From IMG/VR virus record IMGVR_UViG_3300035659_000004, positions 36,139 through 100,138 of that record: a stretch of DNA of 64,000 nucleotides, one strand, 5' to 3'. This document shows, one piece after another, positions 28,739 through 39,265 of this stretch. The notes beneath the pieces are model-generated. The model did not search any database. It saw nothing but the letters and a program-made list of their open reading frames with translations, and was not told where the DNA came from. How positions within the stretch are numbered: the first letter of the stretch is position 1; every line of letters begins with the position of its first letter. Both the position numbers and the translations under genes were made by a program. Source of the DNA: a virus.

Positions 28739-31453
28739 ATGCCTCTATCTAGACCGAACACTGTCATTTATCAAGAGTACGCGGACCTTTCCGTTGTTCC
28801 GGCCACCCCATTCCTGAACAGCCTCATTGTGGGTCCCTGCTACCAGCTGTTGGACTACCTCGATGACATGGATGACTGTTATGCCGGATTGTACGGGACG
28901 CTACGGATGGCGTATCCCCGCACGACTCCGACGGCCGCCGTAGTCATCGCGACTCCTCCTGAGCTCGAAACTGGGGCAATCCTCGAAGATGACAGCGTGT
29001 CGATTTTCTTCGATGAGGCACAGGTGGTGATAACAGAGGTAACGGGCTCAGGCAGTCCGACCAACGGCATATTTTACGCAAGTGATAATCTGTTTACGAC
29101 CACGAATAACACAGGCTTTCACATGAATGATAAATATGTGCAAGCTGGAGACACGCTCATCGCGCAAGCCAATGGCGCTGCAGACTGCATCAAAACTGTA
29201 AAAGAGTTGGCTTTTACTTTTTACGATAAGGGGGCCGGAAATCCACTGAGCTTCACAACAGCAGGAGTGGATATTGGAGATATCATCACAGTGTCTGCGG
29301 ATGCTGCGACTCCTTCTCGCGACGGCATTTACACCGTAAAAAAGAAGTACATCGTCAATGGGTCCGTGGTTGCTGATGCCATCGAGATCGAAGATGCGAC
29401 GAGTCTTTCCACGGGATCAGAAGGATTGGCGCATGTCCGTATTACCTCAGCAGGTGGTACTAAGAAATTTGATAGCACGACTGACGGTACTACGGGGAAA
29501 GTAAATTTGGGTGATTGGTGCAACCTACGAGTCACAACCGATTTCGATACGGCGAATGCGGCGAACTGCCGTTGGCGCGTCGAGCGTCAGCTGAGCGACG
29601 TGGAGCTTGCATCGTCAGATTTCTCGGTAAATACGACGACCAAAGCTGTTACATTGATTGCCGGAGTTACCGCGACTGTGAGCACCGTCATCGGCGCGAA
29701 GCCTGTCTCCTACGCGAAGATGTACATGCAGTACAAGGCCTTGCGCCTCGACCTGCAAAACATCGCGGAGGTTTCATCCCCGTCTGAAGCTATCGCGCTT
29801 TTGGGAAAATATGATGCGCGTAACCCGCTCTGCGTGGGCGTGCACGTCGCATTGGCGAATACCACGACTCCCATCAAGTGCTACGGTATCGCGGCGGATA
29901 CCCTGGCAGGATATGGCGATTTCATCGAGCGCACCAGCCATCTATCGGATATCTACGCTGTCACACCACTGACATATGACACCAGCATCATCGGTTCTCT
30001 GAAAGATGCGTGGGAAAACTACGCTGACCCAGACTACGTGCTGCAGCGCGGCATCAAGCAAAAGTTCCGGACGACTCTCGGCGCCGTGGACCTCGTCACG
30101 CAGAGTGACGTTATCGTAGCGAAGGGTGGTGCGTCGACGCTGGTGAAAGCTGGCACGACCCCGACGGGGAATAAGACGCTCACGCTTTCGGGTCTCGTAG
30201 GTCAAACTGCCGATTTTAGCGCAGCCAGTGTCCTTCCGGGTGACATTGTGCATGCTACCATCGGCGGTGTCGTCTTGGGACCTTTCACAGTTGCACATGT
30301 TAATACTGCTTTGATTCTGGAAACAGAAGAAGCTCTCGCAGGTCTGGGTGCTGCTAGTAATGCACTCGACACTTTGGACATCACAGACCCGACTGGAGTT
30401 ATTCATCGGTTCACAGCTCTCACGTACTCCGTTGGTGTAAAAGAATTCGTCCTCGGAGCAAGTGTTCTTGACGCCCTTTATCTGACGCTGAGTTCTTCAA
30501 ACTCGACGTTCATCACCAGTGGCGTCGTTCCGGGTGACCTCCTTCAGATGCCGAGCGATCCCGAGACAACGACCTGGACGACCTACGACACGTGGGAAGT
30601 AGCCTCGGTGGACAGCGAGACACGCATCACGATTGCCAACAACGGCAACAATTCGTCCGACCTCGAAAACGAGTTCCCACACTTGGTCAAGCGCACAGCC
30701 GCAACAGACCGCTCCGTAACACAGGGCACGCTTTACTTCCGCGTCAAGCGTGACATGACCAAGACCGAGCAGGTCAACTACATGCTCGCGGTCGCGCACA
30801 GCTTGGATAGCAAGCGCGCGCTGCTCTACTACCCAAACAGCGTGGACGTGACCGACCTCGTGGACGGCAGCAAGACGCGTACTGGTACCGCCGCCGAGCT
30901 CGCCGATCCCCAGCCGGGTTACTACCTGGCCTGCATGGTCGCGGGACAGACCGCGAGCCAGCCGTCGCAGCAGGGCTTCACGAACATGGGTGGAAACGGT
31001 ATCTCCCGTGTTTATAACTCGAACGACTACTTCAGCGAAGAGCAGCTGACCAGTTTGTCGAACGGCGGCGTGTACGTCTTCGTGCAGGATGCTCCGACTG
31101 CGCTACCTTATACAATTCATGCGGTGACGACGGACGTTCTTTCGCTCGAGACTGGTGAGTACATGCACGTGAAGAATTTGGATTACCTTTCGATGTCCTT
31201 CCTCGAGACCTTGCGCCCCTTCAACGGGAAGTGGAACATCACGCCCGACGCTCTCCAATTCATCACGCAGGCTTTGTACGCGGTTATCACCACGCACAAG
31301 ACAGCCTACAGAGCTCGGATTGGTGCGCCACTTATCAACGCTACGGTACGCACGGTTTACCAGAACACCGATGTTGAAGACCGGATTGAAGCGTATATTG
31401 ACGTTAACCTGCCCACGGTGCTCAACACCATCGGCCTGCACTTGGTGTCATAA
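28739..31453 (+). CDS. Tail sheath protein with large insertions
   Basis: 904 aa; N-term RPNTVIYQE; C-term PSQQGFTN..LSNGGVYVF..TT..GKWNIT..IEAYIDVNLPTVLNTIGLHL. Confidence 0.8.
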   Translation: MPLSRPNTVIYQEYADLSVVPATPFLNSLIVGPCYQLLDYLDDMDDCYAGLYGTLRMAYPRTTPTAAVVIATPPELETGAILEDDSVSIFFDEAQVVITEVTGSGSPTNGIFYASDNLFTTTNNTGFHMNDKYVQAGDTLIAQANGAADCIKTVKELAFTFYDKGAGNPLSFTTAGVDIGDIITVSADAATPSRDGIYTVKKKYIVNGSVVADAIEIEDATSLSTGSEGLAHVRITSAGGTKKFDSTTDGTTGKVNLGDWCNLRVTTDFDTANAANCRWRVERQLSDVELASSDFSVNTTTKAVTLIAGVTATVSTVIGAKPVSYAKMYMQYKALRLDLQNIAEVSSPSEAIALLGKYDARNPLCVGVHVALANTTTPIKCYGIAADTLAGYGDFIERTSHLSDIYAVTPLTYDTSIIGSLKDAWENYADPDYVLQRGIKQKFRTTLGAVDLVTQSDVIVAKGGASTLVKAGTTPTGNKTLTLSGLVGQTADFSAASVLPGDIVHATIGGVVLGPFTVAHVNTALILETEEALAGLGAASNALDTLDITDPTGVIHRFTALTYSVGVKEFVLGASVLDALYLTLSSSNSTFITSGVVPGDLLQMPSDPETTTWTTYDTWEVASVDSETRITIANNGNNSSDLENEFPHLVKRTAATDRSVTQGTLYFRVKRDMTKTEQVNYMLAVAHSLDSKRALLYYPNSVDVTDLVDGSKTRTGTAAELADPQPGYYLACMVAGQTASQPSQQGFTNMGGNGISRVYNSNDYFSEEQLTSLSNGGVYVFVQDAPTALPYTIHAVTTDVLSLETGEYMHVKNLDYLSMSFLETLRPFNGKWNITPDALQFITQALYAVITTHKTAYRARIGAPLINATVRTVYQNTDVEDRIEAYIDVNLPTVLNTIGLHLVS

Positions 31454-31887
31454 TGAAAAGCGTTTTTTACCAAGCAGGTTACGACGAAGCCCTCGTGAAG
31501 ATGGGCGGCTGGGGTTCGGCGATACAAAAAGGTGTCTCGGCTGCTGGCAAATGGATAGGAAATCTTGGAGCCAAGATGGGTCCTGTAGCGCCTGCGGGAG
31601 TAGGTAAGGCTGCTCCAACGGGATGGCTTGCGGGGAAAGCCCAAGGTGCGGCCCAAGGTTTGGGTCAATCCATCAGCAACCTCGCCGCGGCCCCGGGTCA
31701 AACCCTTTGGCAGGGCGCTGGAAACTTCGGAAAGAACATGCTCGGGATGGGAAATGCCGCGACTACAAGCGGTGTCTTAGGCCGCGGCGCCATGGGCGTT
31801 GGCCTGGTGGGTGGCGCTACGGGTGGATTTGGACAAAGATCGCAACCAGGGCCGGGGAAACTACCGGGTCCGGGACAGATGCAATAG
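31453..31887 (+). CDS. Gly-rich putative internal virion protein, GYxxAL leader
   Basis: MKSVFYQAGYDEALVKMG. Confidence 0.55.
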   Translation: MKSVFYQAGYDEALVKMGGWGSAIQKGVSAAGKWIGNLGAKMGPVAPAGVGKAAPTGWLAGKAQGAAQGLGQSISNLAAAPGQTLWQGAGNFGKNMLGMGNAATTSGVLGRGAMGVGLVGGATGGFGQRSQPGPGKLPGPGQMQ

Positions 31888-31896
31888 GAGGCTCGG

Positions 31897-32655
31897 ATGC
31901 CGCTTGGAATCACTCACGGTCTAGGTAGCTGGAGAATCCAGCAGAATAACGTCGAGCGTCATACCGATAATGCTGCCTACACCGCAGCTAACCCGGAGGA
32001 TACGCTCATCCTCGCCGGCCCTCCGCGGTTCATGGACGTCATGCAAGCCGAGGACAGTGGCGTTGGTAGCCTCCTAGCCATCGGCATGACCCAGACCTTT
32101 CAGTTCACGAGCCAGGTGCCACTGCAGCCCATGCAGGCCATCGGTTCGTCACGCCTCTTCTTCACCCGAGGAAAGAGCCAGACGTCCTGGAGGCTCGGTC
32201 GTCTGCTGACGAACGGTAGGAACCTCCTGCGCGTGCTCTATCACAACGCGGTGGCCGCGGGGTTGGATGTTGGAGAGCTCGACGAGCCCCCAGTTCCAGC
32301 CGGGCAGGGAACGCAGAACACCATGTTCTACGCCAACCTCGACTCCGAGCTCTTTTACGTGCCCTTCGGTATCGCGGTTCTCTTCCGTGACCGCGCGAAG
32401 GACCTACTCGGCGCCTTCTACTTCGAGCTGTGCATGGTCAACATGTATACCCTCGGCTTCACCATCGGTCAGAACATGGTGATGGAAGACATCAGCGGAT
32501 TGTGCGACCGCGTCGTTCCATTCTCCCCCAGCACGTTGTTGGCAACTCCCGGACTTGACCGCAAGGCCTTGGACGAAGTCATCGGCTTCACCTCTGCCGG
32601 CGACCCGAGCGTCCCGACCGACTGGATTACCGGAATGGACGACCTGCCTGTCTGA
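31897..32655 (+). CDS. Putative tail tube protein
   Basis: AGGAGG SD; IGMTQTFQF..AIGS..FELCMVNMY; follows the sheath gene. Confidence 0.6.
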   Translation: MPLGITHGLGSWRIQQNNVERHTDNAAYTAANPEDTLILAGPPRFMDVMQAEDSGVGSLLAIGMTQTFQFTSQVPLQPMQAIGSSRLFFTRGKSQTSWRLGRLLTNGRNLLRVLYHNAVAAGLDVGELDEPPVPAGQGTQNTMFYANLDSELFYVPFGIAVLFRDRAKDLLGAFYFELCMVNMYTLGFTIGQNMVMEDISGLCDRVVPFSPSTLLATPGLDRKALDEVIGFTSAGDPSVPTDWITGMDDLPV

Positions 32656-32688
32656 TTCTTTTCTTTTGGTCCCGTGCTAGTATTTGGC

Positions 32689-34227
32689 ATGAGCACCCCA
32701 GAAGATATCTCCAAAACAATACGCTTCGGAAAAACCCCACTATCCAGTGCACCGTTTTCATCTGGCGGAAAAGTCTTAGGGACCATCGAGTCCTATAACG
32801 ACAACACGAAAACGTACACGGTCATCACGCAGGGGAATAAGCGAAACCCAAATGCCCTTGGAGGACGTCTTCAGGGTATCCCAAGAAAGCTCACGCATTC
32901 AGGGGACCAGGTCGTCTTGAGTCCGGAGACAACGGTCATCGTCGACTTCGAGCTCGGCATCCCCTACATCGACGGCGTCCTGCCCCAAGCCGCGACTTCT
33001 TCAGCTGCATATTCTGTTGCTCCTAATATGGGGGCAACCCCCGGGAGCGGGGCGGCCAACGTCCGGGACTCCGGGGGAACGTACCGAACGGCAAACGCCC
33101 CGACGGGAATGCTCCCCGGAGACCAGGTCCTCGCGGGCGAAGACGGGAACTATGTCGCGGCGCTGCGGGGAAAGATTTCAAAGCTGCATGGAAGCGAGCG
33201 GGCACAGGTCATCGTCTCGGGATTGCATGATCTCGTGCGTGTCATCAGCGAAAACTACGAGAACTTTTCATCGTTCGGAAACCTCGAGATAAAAAACAAG
33301 GACGGGAGGAGCTCCCTTTCTTTTCGCGGGGGCTCTGACCAGGCATCGCAAACGGGTGGAGAGCTCGAGGCCTGGACCTTCCGTTTGGATATAGGAGATA
33401 CGGGAAATCTTTTCGACCTGCGTGTGACCTCCCCGGATAACAGCAAAACATTTGCACGTATTAAAATGTCGCCAGATGGCTTCCTGGAAATCTTCGGGGA
33501 GCTCGCGCGAGCGGATAGCACCGCGGGCGACAGATATACGACGACAGGGACTAACCATTACGTGCGCACGTCTGGAAATCATAAAGAAGATATTCGAGGG
33601 ACGTCTTCAAAAAATATTCAAAGCGGCTCGACGGAAAACGTTGCAGCCAACCGCGTAGTCAATGTGGGAATGGATGATATCGTTTCCGCTAATCGTAATG
33701 AAATCAAGAGCATAGGAGCGCAACAAATCACAACCGTGATGGGAGGTCTACCCCTCAATGCAAAGCCTACGGATAAAGCTAAAGAAGTTAAAATCGTCAA
33801 TGGAAGCTATGTTATCGAGATTGGAAGCCCTAAAGACGGAGGCGTTCCGTCCGCTATGTCAGGCTATAAGGTTTTTGTGCACAATGGTGCAATTATCATT
33901 GGAGAAAATCCCCTATTACCCGCTACGCAGTGTAGCGTAAATCTCAACACGCTTAAACCCGGTTCTATTGGATTGGGTTGTATCGTCCCAGGCCCCTGGA
34001 CAGAAGCCGCGATGAACCCGCCCACGGGGTCGGCCATGGTCTATGAAAAATGGCTCATCCTTTTCAACGTGCTCATTCAAGCTCTGGATAATCACCAACA
34101 TGTTGCAACGTATGGGGGAGGTCCTACACTCTCTACGATCCCTGGAACTCCCGGAGTCTATTTTCAAGGGATCACTAGCAGCCTCACGGCAGCGGTGAAA
34201 AGTCTGAAGGTAAAGATCGGCGCCTAA
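32689..34227 (+). CDS. Baseplate spike / gp5-gpV-like protein
   Basis: OB-like N-terminus, beta-helix-like repeats (S.N..E.I), C-terminal NHQH; likely leaderless start at ATG 32689. Confidence 0.6.
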   Translation: MSTPEDISKTIRFGKTPLSSAPFSSGGKVLGTIESYNDNTKTYTVITQGNKRNPNALGGRLQGIPRKLTHSGDQVVLSPETTVIVDFELGIPYIDGVLPQAATSSAAYSVAPNMGATPGSGAANVRDSGGTYRTANAPTGMLPGDQVLAGEDGNYVAALRGKISKLHGSERAQVIVSGLHDLVRVISENYENFSSFGNLEIKNKDGRSSLSFRGGSDQASQTGGELEAWTFRLDIGDTGNLFDLRVTSPDNSKTFARIKMSPDGFLEIFGELARADSTAGDRYTTTGTNHYVRTSGNHKEDIRGTSSKNIQSGSTENVAANRVVNVGMDDIVSANRNEIKSIGAQQITTVMGGLPLNAKPTDKAKEVKIVNGSYVIEIGSPKDGGVPSAMSGYKVFVHNGAIIIGENPLLPATQCSVNLNTLKPGSIGLGCIVPGPWTEAAMNPPTGSAMVYEKWLILFNVLIQALDNHQHVATYGGGPTLSTIPGTPGVYFQGITSSLTAAVKSLKVKIGA

Positions 34228-34275
34228 CCTATAATTCTCGAAAAGTGGGCAAACACAGCCCTATGGAGGATTCAG

Positions 34276-35115
34276 ATGCCAACAGTAAGATTGAACGCAT
34301 TAGTCGGGGCTGTACACATTCAAGACCCCTATCCGGCAACTGGCGGTCTTTCCGTCACCGCTCCGGCTCTTTCATACGCAACCTTCTCCTGTAACTGGGA
34401 TGTCTTTCAGCGTATCGCTCCACAGATTGCGACGCTAGAAGCAGCCGGTCTTGCTACGTATGTAATCAGCGGTGGGACAGACAATCTCTGGGCCATTGAA
34501 GGCGACCTCCCGGGTATGCCCCGCATCGACCGCGTATCGAAGCACGCCTTAACCCTGACTGGTGAGACAGGCCTGGTCATCGAGGGATATAAGTTCACGG
34601 GTGGACAGAGCTTCGCCAGCACGCGCCTGGATTACGCAGCAGCAAATACGGACTTGGTCATCTCCGCGCGAGTCCCAGGTTACACGGGAAATGCGCTTTA
34701 TGTGGAAATCATTGATAGTGGCACTAGCGGTCTTGCGGTATCCTTAACCCATGGAAATACTTGCACTGTTAACCTGGGTGCTGCTACTCCTACAGCAACG
34801 CAAATTGCGGCCGCTATCAATGCAGAAATTACCCTCTACCTGCTCTTTAAAGCCTTGGTAGATGGAACAGGCGGTGGAAAACCTACCATCAAAACGGCGC
34901 AAGCCCTCACAGGTGGTGAAGGTCCAGGGATGGTTGTGACGTGCGCGGGTCTGGCATGCGACATTCGCACCATCACAACTTCGTCTGATCCCTTGCACGC
35001 CATGACCGTGGACGTCCCGAACATGACCTCCGTCTCGGGCGCTGGAGAAGCTGTAAACTTTGAACTTCGTTCGGGTGGAAAAATTGCAACCATATCGTTG
35101 CAGATAGCTCCGTGA
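34276..35115 (+). CDS. Structural protein
   Basis: GGAGG SD; PGYTGN..TATQIAAAIN..LTGG sheath-insertion-like motifs. Confidence 0.55.
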   Translation: MPTVRLNALVGAVHIQDPYPATGGLSVTAPALSYATFSCNWDVFQRIAPQIATLEAAGLATYVISGGTDNLWAIEGDLPGMPRIDRVSKHALTLTGETGLVIEGYKFTGGQSFASTRLDYAAANTDLVISARVPGYTGNALYVEIIDSGTSGLAVSLTHGNTCTVNLGAATPTATQIAAAINAEITLYLLFKALVDGTGGGKPTIKTAQALTGGEGPGMVVTCAGLACDIRTITTSSDPLHAMTVDVPNMTSVSGAGEAVNFELRSGGKIATISLQIAP

Positions 35116-35146
35116 TTCTTTGCCCTGATTCGCATAGAATTAGGGC

Positions 35147-37753
35147 ATGAAAAAGAGTGCAAACCAATTAGTAGATTCAATTCGTGAAAAAATAGAAGCA
35201 CCCGGTGCTTTACGAGAAGCTGCTCCTTGGCTTGCAGCTGCTGGAACAGGTGCCTTGGGATACGGACTCTTACGGCATAAGAGTTTCGCTCCTTTGGGGA
35301 CACAACTTCGAAGTTTGCAAGAGGCTACTAAGGGGAAACCTTTTAGAATTGCTACTGGTGAGAATACCACTCTTTTAGATAGAATAAAGCAGTCTCTTGT
35401 TTTTGGGTCCCCTGTAATACCTACAGGTCAAAAAGCACGGGGGACAGTTCTTCACCATACAAACGCTCCGTTAGGTGGAGGTGACGTTGAAATAAATACA
35501 GGATCAATTGTTGATGATCTTCTTGATAAATGGACGTTTGATAAGGTGATGCGTACGGGTGTTGGAGCTGGGCCTGGGATGACTTCAGCTCTACCTAATA
35601 CGATGCGCCTGGATGAAGCTTTAAAGCGTGTCGGAGGTGACCCCAAACGCTTGAAAGAAATCTTTCCAGACTTCATATTAAAGGTTCGAGATTCATCGAT
35701 GGGGCGTGGAATATTTAAGTCCCTTGACGACTCGGGTGTGAGTGAAGCTTTTAAAGATCCGACACAATTTATTTTCCAAGAGAAGATGCCGATTAAGAAT
35801 GAGTACCGTGTACACACTTTGAACAATGAGCCTTTCACTGCTACACATCGGTATTTACCTGAGCCGTTACGTGGGTTGTGGGATAAAACAATGGAGAAAC
35901 TTTTTAGGGCGGGGGGAGGTGGAGGAGCTGTTGTACCTTTGATGGGAAAAAGGCGAAGAGACCTACACGACTTCATTCGAAAAAGTACTGCGCATTTAAA
36001 ACCTGCAGATGGAAAAAGTCTTTCAGATGTAGGTGAGTCGATGCATATTGCATGGGATGTTGCAGAACTCCCAGATGGGACTTTTAAATTAATAGAAGCT
36101 AACCCAATTCCTGGTACTTTGATGAATCCCATAGTAGGGAGAAAACTTCGACGCCAAGTAATGGGTAATTGGTCTAGACCTATTTCAGCTCTAGGAGGTG
36201 CGGCCTTAGCGGCACCTACAGGACTACTAACGAATGAAGCTTTGAAGCGTTTTGCTCCTGACCAAAACACTCCAATGAAAAAGACCGCGGAGCAGCTCAG
36301 TTGGGCTGTACTCTTCAAGTTTGCGGCACGGGAGGGAGACCCGAGGGTATGGCGGAAAATCGTAGATACTGTAGCTAAGGCTAAGGGGTATAACCCTCCA
36401 ACTGATGAAGAGTTGAATGAAATGTTTACACCAGACTGGGAGTCCAAACATCCCAGCACTGAATCCGCAATATTTGATTCTCCATGGTTTAAACGCAACA
36501 TGGATGCTGGAGCACGTACTAGAGCAGGTAGTGCTCGAAATTACACAGGCCCCATAAATGATCCGAGCGATGCTGCCGATGCGGCTGAAGCTGCTCGAGC
36601 TGCCGAGCAAGCTGCACAACAAATGAGTGTTCAGCGTCAACAAATGTTAGATGCTCTTGCAAGTAATAGTAAGTTAGAGATGGGAATGGGAGCGCTTGCA
36701 ACCATAGGGGCAATTCAACCTACCTGGATGGGTATTCAGAGTACACAACAAGCCAAAACACCAGAAGAACGTTATGCCATATTAGGGTTAGGTGGCGGAT
36801 TATCGGGCTTATCTGGAGGACAAGCTTTTGATAGCTTTAGACGGGCAGGATGGAGTAAAGAATTACATAAGATGATAACTAATCCAGACAATATTGATTT
36901 AAAACGTTTTTCTTTTTTGGCTGGAAAGATTAATAACCCCCCTTCAAGATTTAGTTCGCGCTATAAGGGAGGATTAGCAGGACTGGGATTGGGATTAGGA
37001 GGGGCGGCTATTTGGAATCAATTATCTAAAAATAAGACGTTAGATAAAGCGGCTTCTATAACTCCAGAAGAAATTGCACTCGGATTAGCTGGAAAAGCTG
37101 CACGTCCCGGGATCACAGAAGAAGAGATTCTAGAGTTAGGCCAAAAAATAAAAGAGGACGAGCTCGCAGCAAACAAATGGGAACCGGTTAAAAAGGGTAT
37201 AGGTGGCGGTGTATTAGGCGCAGGGTTGGGAAGAGTTATACCAAAGATGCAGCGCCTCGGAAAAGTACCTGGAATTCTTGCAGGTGCAGGGATAGGTGCA
37301 GGGGTAGGTGGGTTAGCTGGAATGCTTGATCGTTATTTATCGGGTGTTTTAGGTGAGGACAAAGGACAGATATTAGGGAACACCGCTAGGACAGGACGCT
37401 TAACAAAAGAAGACCAGGGTGTTTTTCACGCTACGGAGTTCGCGCCGTATGCGATTGGTACACAACCTGGAGCTAAGCCCCTATCTACAGCGCGTACACG
37501 TGACCTTCGGAATACAGTGCTAGCTCGTAATATGGCGACGGGTGCTGCTGTCAGTATTCCTAGTGCCGTTATGGCAGGACTTTTAATGCGCTCAGCTGGA
37601 GTATCTAAGACTAACATTCTGGATGCGGGTCTAGCTGCTATTCTTGGAGGTACTGGAGGAGGAGCTTTCATTTCTCCAGCGCATTCCAATATGATTATTG
37701 ATTTACATAATAGAGGATATAGTCGTCTAGCTAACCGAATTGAAAGGGATTAA
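35147..37753 (+). CDS. Multimodular protein with RimK-like ATP-grasp domain and Gly-zipper segments
   Basis: FILKVRDSSMGRGI, FQEKM..EYRV, WDV..IEANPIPG; modules begin MKKSA / MKKTA / DKAA. Confidence 0.75.
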   Translation: MKKSANQLVDSIREKIEAPGALREAAPWLAAAGTGALGYGLLRHKSFAPLGTQLRSLQEATKGKPFRIATGENTTLLDRIKQSLVFGSPVIPTGQKARGTVLHHTNAPLGGGDVEINTGSIVDDLLDKWTFDKVMRTGVGAGPGMTSALPNTMRLDEALKRVGGDPKRLKEIFPDFILKVRDSSMGRGIFKSLDDSGVSEAFKDPTQFIFQEKMPIKNEYRVHTLNNEPFTATHRYLPEPLRGLWDKTMEKLFRAGGGGGAVVPLMGKRRRDLHDFIRKSTAHLKPADGKSLSDVGESMHIAWDVAELPDGTFKLIEANPIPGTLMNPIVGRKLRRQVMGNWSRPISALGGAALAAPTGLLTNEALKRFAPDQNTPMKKTAEQLSWAVLFKFAAREGDPRVWRKIVDTVAKAKGYNPPTDEELNEMFTPDWESKHPSTESAIFDSPWFKRNMDAGARTRAGSARNYTGPINDPSDAADAAEAARAAEQAAQQMSVQRQQMLDALASNSKLEMGMGALATIGAIQPTWMGIQSTQQAKTPEERYAILGLGGGLSGLSGGQAFDSFRRAGWSKELHKMITNPDNIDLKRFSFLAGKINNPPSRFSSRYKGGLAGLGLGLGGAAIWNQLSKNKTLDKAASITPEEIALGLAGKAARPGITEEEILELGQKIKEDELAANKWEPVKKGIGGGVLGAGLGRVIPKMQRLGKVPGILAGAGIGAGVGGLAGMLDRYLSGVLGEDKGQILGNTARTGRLTKEDQGVFHATEFAPYAIGTQPGAKPLSTARTRDLRNTVLARNMATGAAVSIPSAVMAGLLMRSAGVSKTNILDAGLAAILGGTGGGAFISPAHSNMIIDLHNRGYSRLANRIERD

Positions 37754-37758
37754 TTCCA

Positions 37759-39012
37759 ATGCGCAAAACCGCTGAACAACTATCCTGGTCCGTTCTTTTT
37801 AAATACGCTGAACGTGAAGGGAACCCCACTCTGTGGCGGAAAATGATAAACATTGTGGCCCGAAGCCAGGGTTTTAATCCCCCAACTGACGCGGAGTTTG
37901 CTGAAATCTTTACGCCAGATTGGCAATCCCGTCATCCACATATCGAAGACGCTATTAATAATTCAGCGTGGTATCAACGCAGTAGAGAAGCAAATCGTTC
38001 GGCACCTGGGGGAACCAAAGAGAGACCTAGATCGAAACCTCGGGAACCTGTTACGCCTGAACAAGAAGCCGCAAATCGTGCGTATGACGCGGAACAAGCT
38101 AAATCACGGAATGCCGAGCAAGCTAAGTCGCGTTCATCTCGTGCCAAAGCTGATCCTTATGGGGACCCTGGGTGGTCTAACTATGATCCTTATAGTTCAC
38201 GCGGGAAGAGTAGGTCCGGAGCCGGGTCAGGGTATTATGGAGCAGGATATGGGGCGGGAGCCGGGGCAGGGTATGGTGCGAGAACTGGTCCAGCGTACGG
38301 TTCGGGTCCTGCAGCTGATCCTTTCGGAGCATGGAACAGTTGGAATGATCGCTACCATAACACGCAGCGTGAAGAAGAGAGAGCTAGAGCTGCTGCAGAC
38401 GCCGCGGAAAAGAATAGAAGGGCAGAAGCAGATTACGCGGAACAAAAGCGTAGAAGTGATGAGTGGCGTGCAGAAAATGCCAGGAGAGCCGAGGAGCACA
38501 GGCGCCAAAGAGACGCGGAATATGCGGCTACGCGCGAACAAGGTGTGCGTAGGGACGCCGCCTATGGCCAAAGTCGCGCACACCGTTCGAAGATGTGGGC
38601 GGCACGAGACGCGGCAGTACAGCACGGAATAGTTGCACCTTTGGTATGGGGTGGAATGGGTCTAGCATCGGGCGCGTCGACGGAAGATCCCGCTACACGC
38701 TATGGTGTAATGGGCACAACTGGAGCATTTGCTGGAGCTCATGCTGGCTATGGGTTAGGCGAAAATATAAATGCGGGGCGTATGTCTAATGCATCTGTAG
38801 ATGTTCCATTCCACGTCCCTGCAGGATTTGAAGCCGTCAAACCATATTCCCGATTTAATTCCGGTTTAGCTAGCGGTGTCGGAGGAGTTTTAGGCTTAGG
38901 TACAGGATTAGGAGTGTCGCATCTAATCCAAAAATATTACGATAAGAAAAAGAAAAATAATCCGATGAAGAAAGCGGCGAGCGTGATAGCGGTTAACGTT
39001 TTAACTATTTAG
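37759..39012 (+). CDS. Paralog of the internal module of the previous gene; charged coil plus Gly-zipper
   Basis: MRKTAEQLSWSVLFKYA..FTPDWQSRHP matches MKKTAEQLSWAVLFKFA..FTPDWESKHP at 36275. Confidence 0.7.
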   Translation: MRKTAEQLSWSVLFKYAEREGNPTLWRKMINIVARSQGFNPPTDAEFAEIFTPDWQSRHPHIEDAINNSAWYQRSREANRSAPGGTKERPRSKPREPVTPEQEAANRAYDAEQAKSRNAEQAKSRSSRAKADPYGDPGWSNYDPYSSRGKSRSGAGSGYYGAGYGAGAGAGYGARTGPAYGSGPAADPFGAWNSWNDRYHNTQREEERARAAADAAEKNRRAEADYAEQKRRSDEWRAENARRAEEHRRQRDAEYAATREQGVRRDAAYGQSRAHRSKMWAARDAAVQHGIVAPLVWGGMGLASGASTEDPATRYGVMGTTGAFAGAHAGYGLGENINAGRMSNASVDVPFHVPAGFEAVKPYSRFNSGLASGVGGVLGLGTGLGVSHLIQKYYDKKKKNNPMKKAASVIAVNVLTI

Positions 39013-39265
39013 GACTCTGACTCCCTCCATACCCACTCTGTGTTCGCGTCGCTACAAAATCCCCATGCGTGTGCATGTACCCAGCCCTCTGCGCTTTACA
39101 GCCAGGGTACGAAGGGATGCACACCTTGCTGAGCTTTGGAGCGTTAACCCAGATGGCTACCATCGGCCCTTTGCAACCGGGGCACGTCCAATGAGTCACG
39201 TCGTTTTCGACGAGCTCTTCAATCAGCCGGCCGCAATCGGTACACTGAAAATCCTTCATCCTCAT
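39005..39265 (-). CDS. FmdB-like zinc-ribbon protein
   Basis: DFQCTDCG..EEL..CPGC. Confidence 0.65.
   Translation of the reverse strand: MRMKDFQCTDCGRLIEELVENDVTHWTCPGCKGPMVAIWVNAPKLSKVCIPSYPGCKAQRAGYMHTHGDFVATRTQSGYGGSQSPK

Noticed and set aside
28739-34227. Tailocin, eCIS or T6SS locus
   Set aside because: Portal, protease and capsid candidates lie in the same block, so this is a phage
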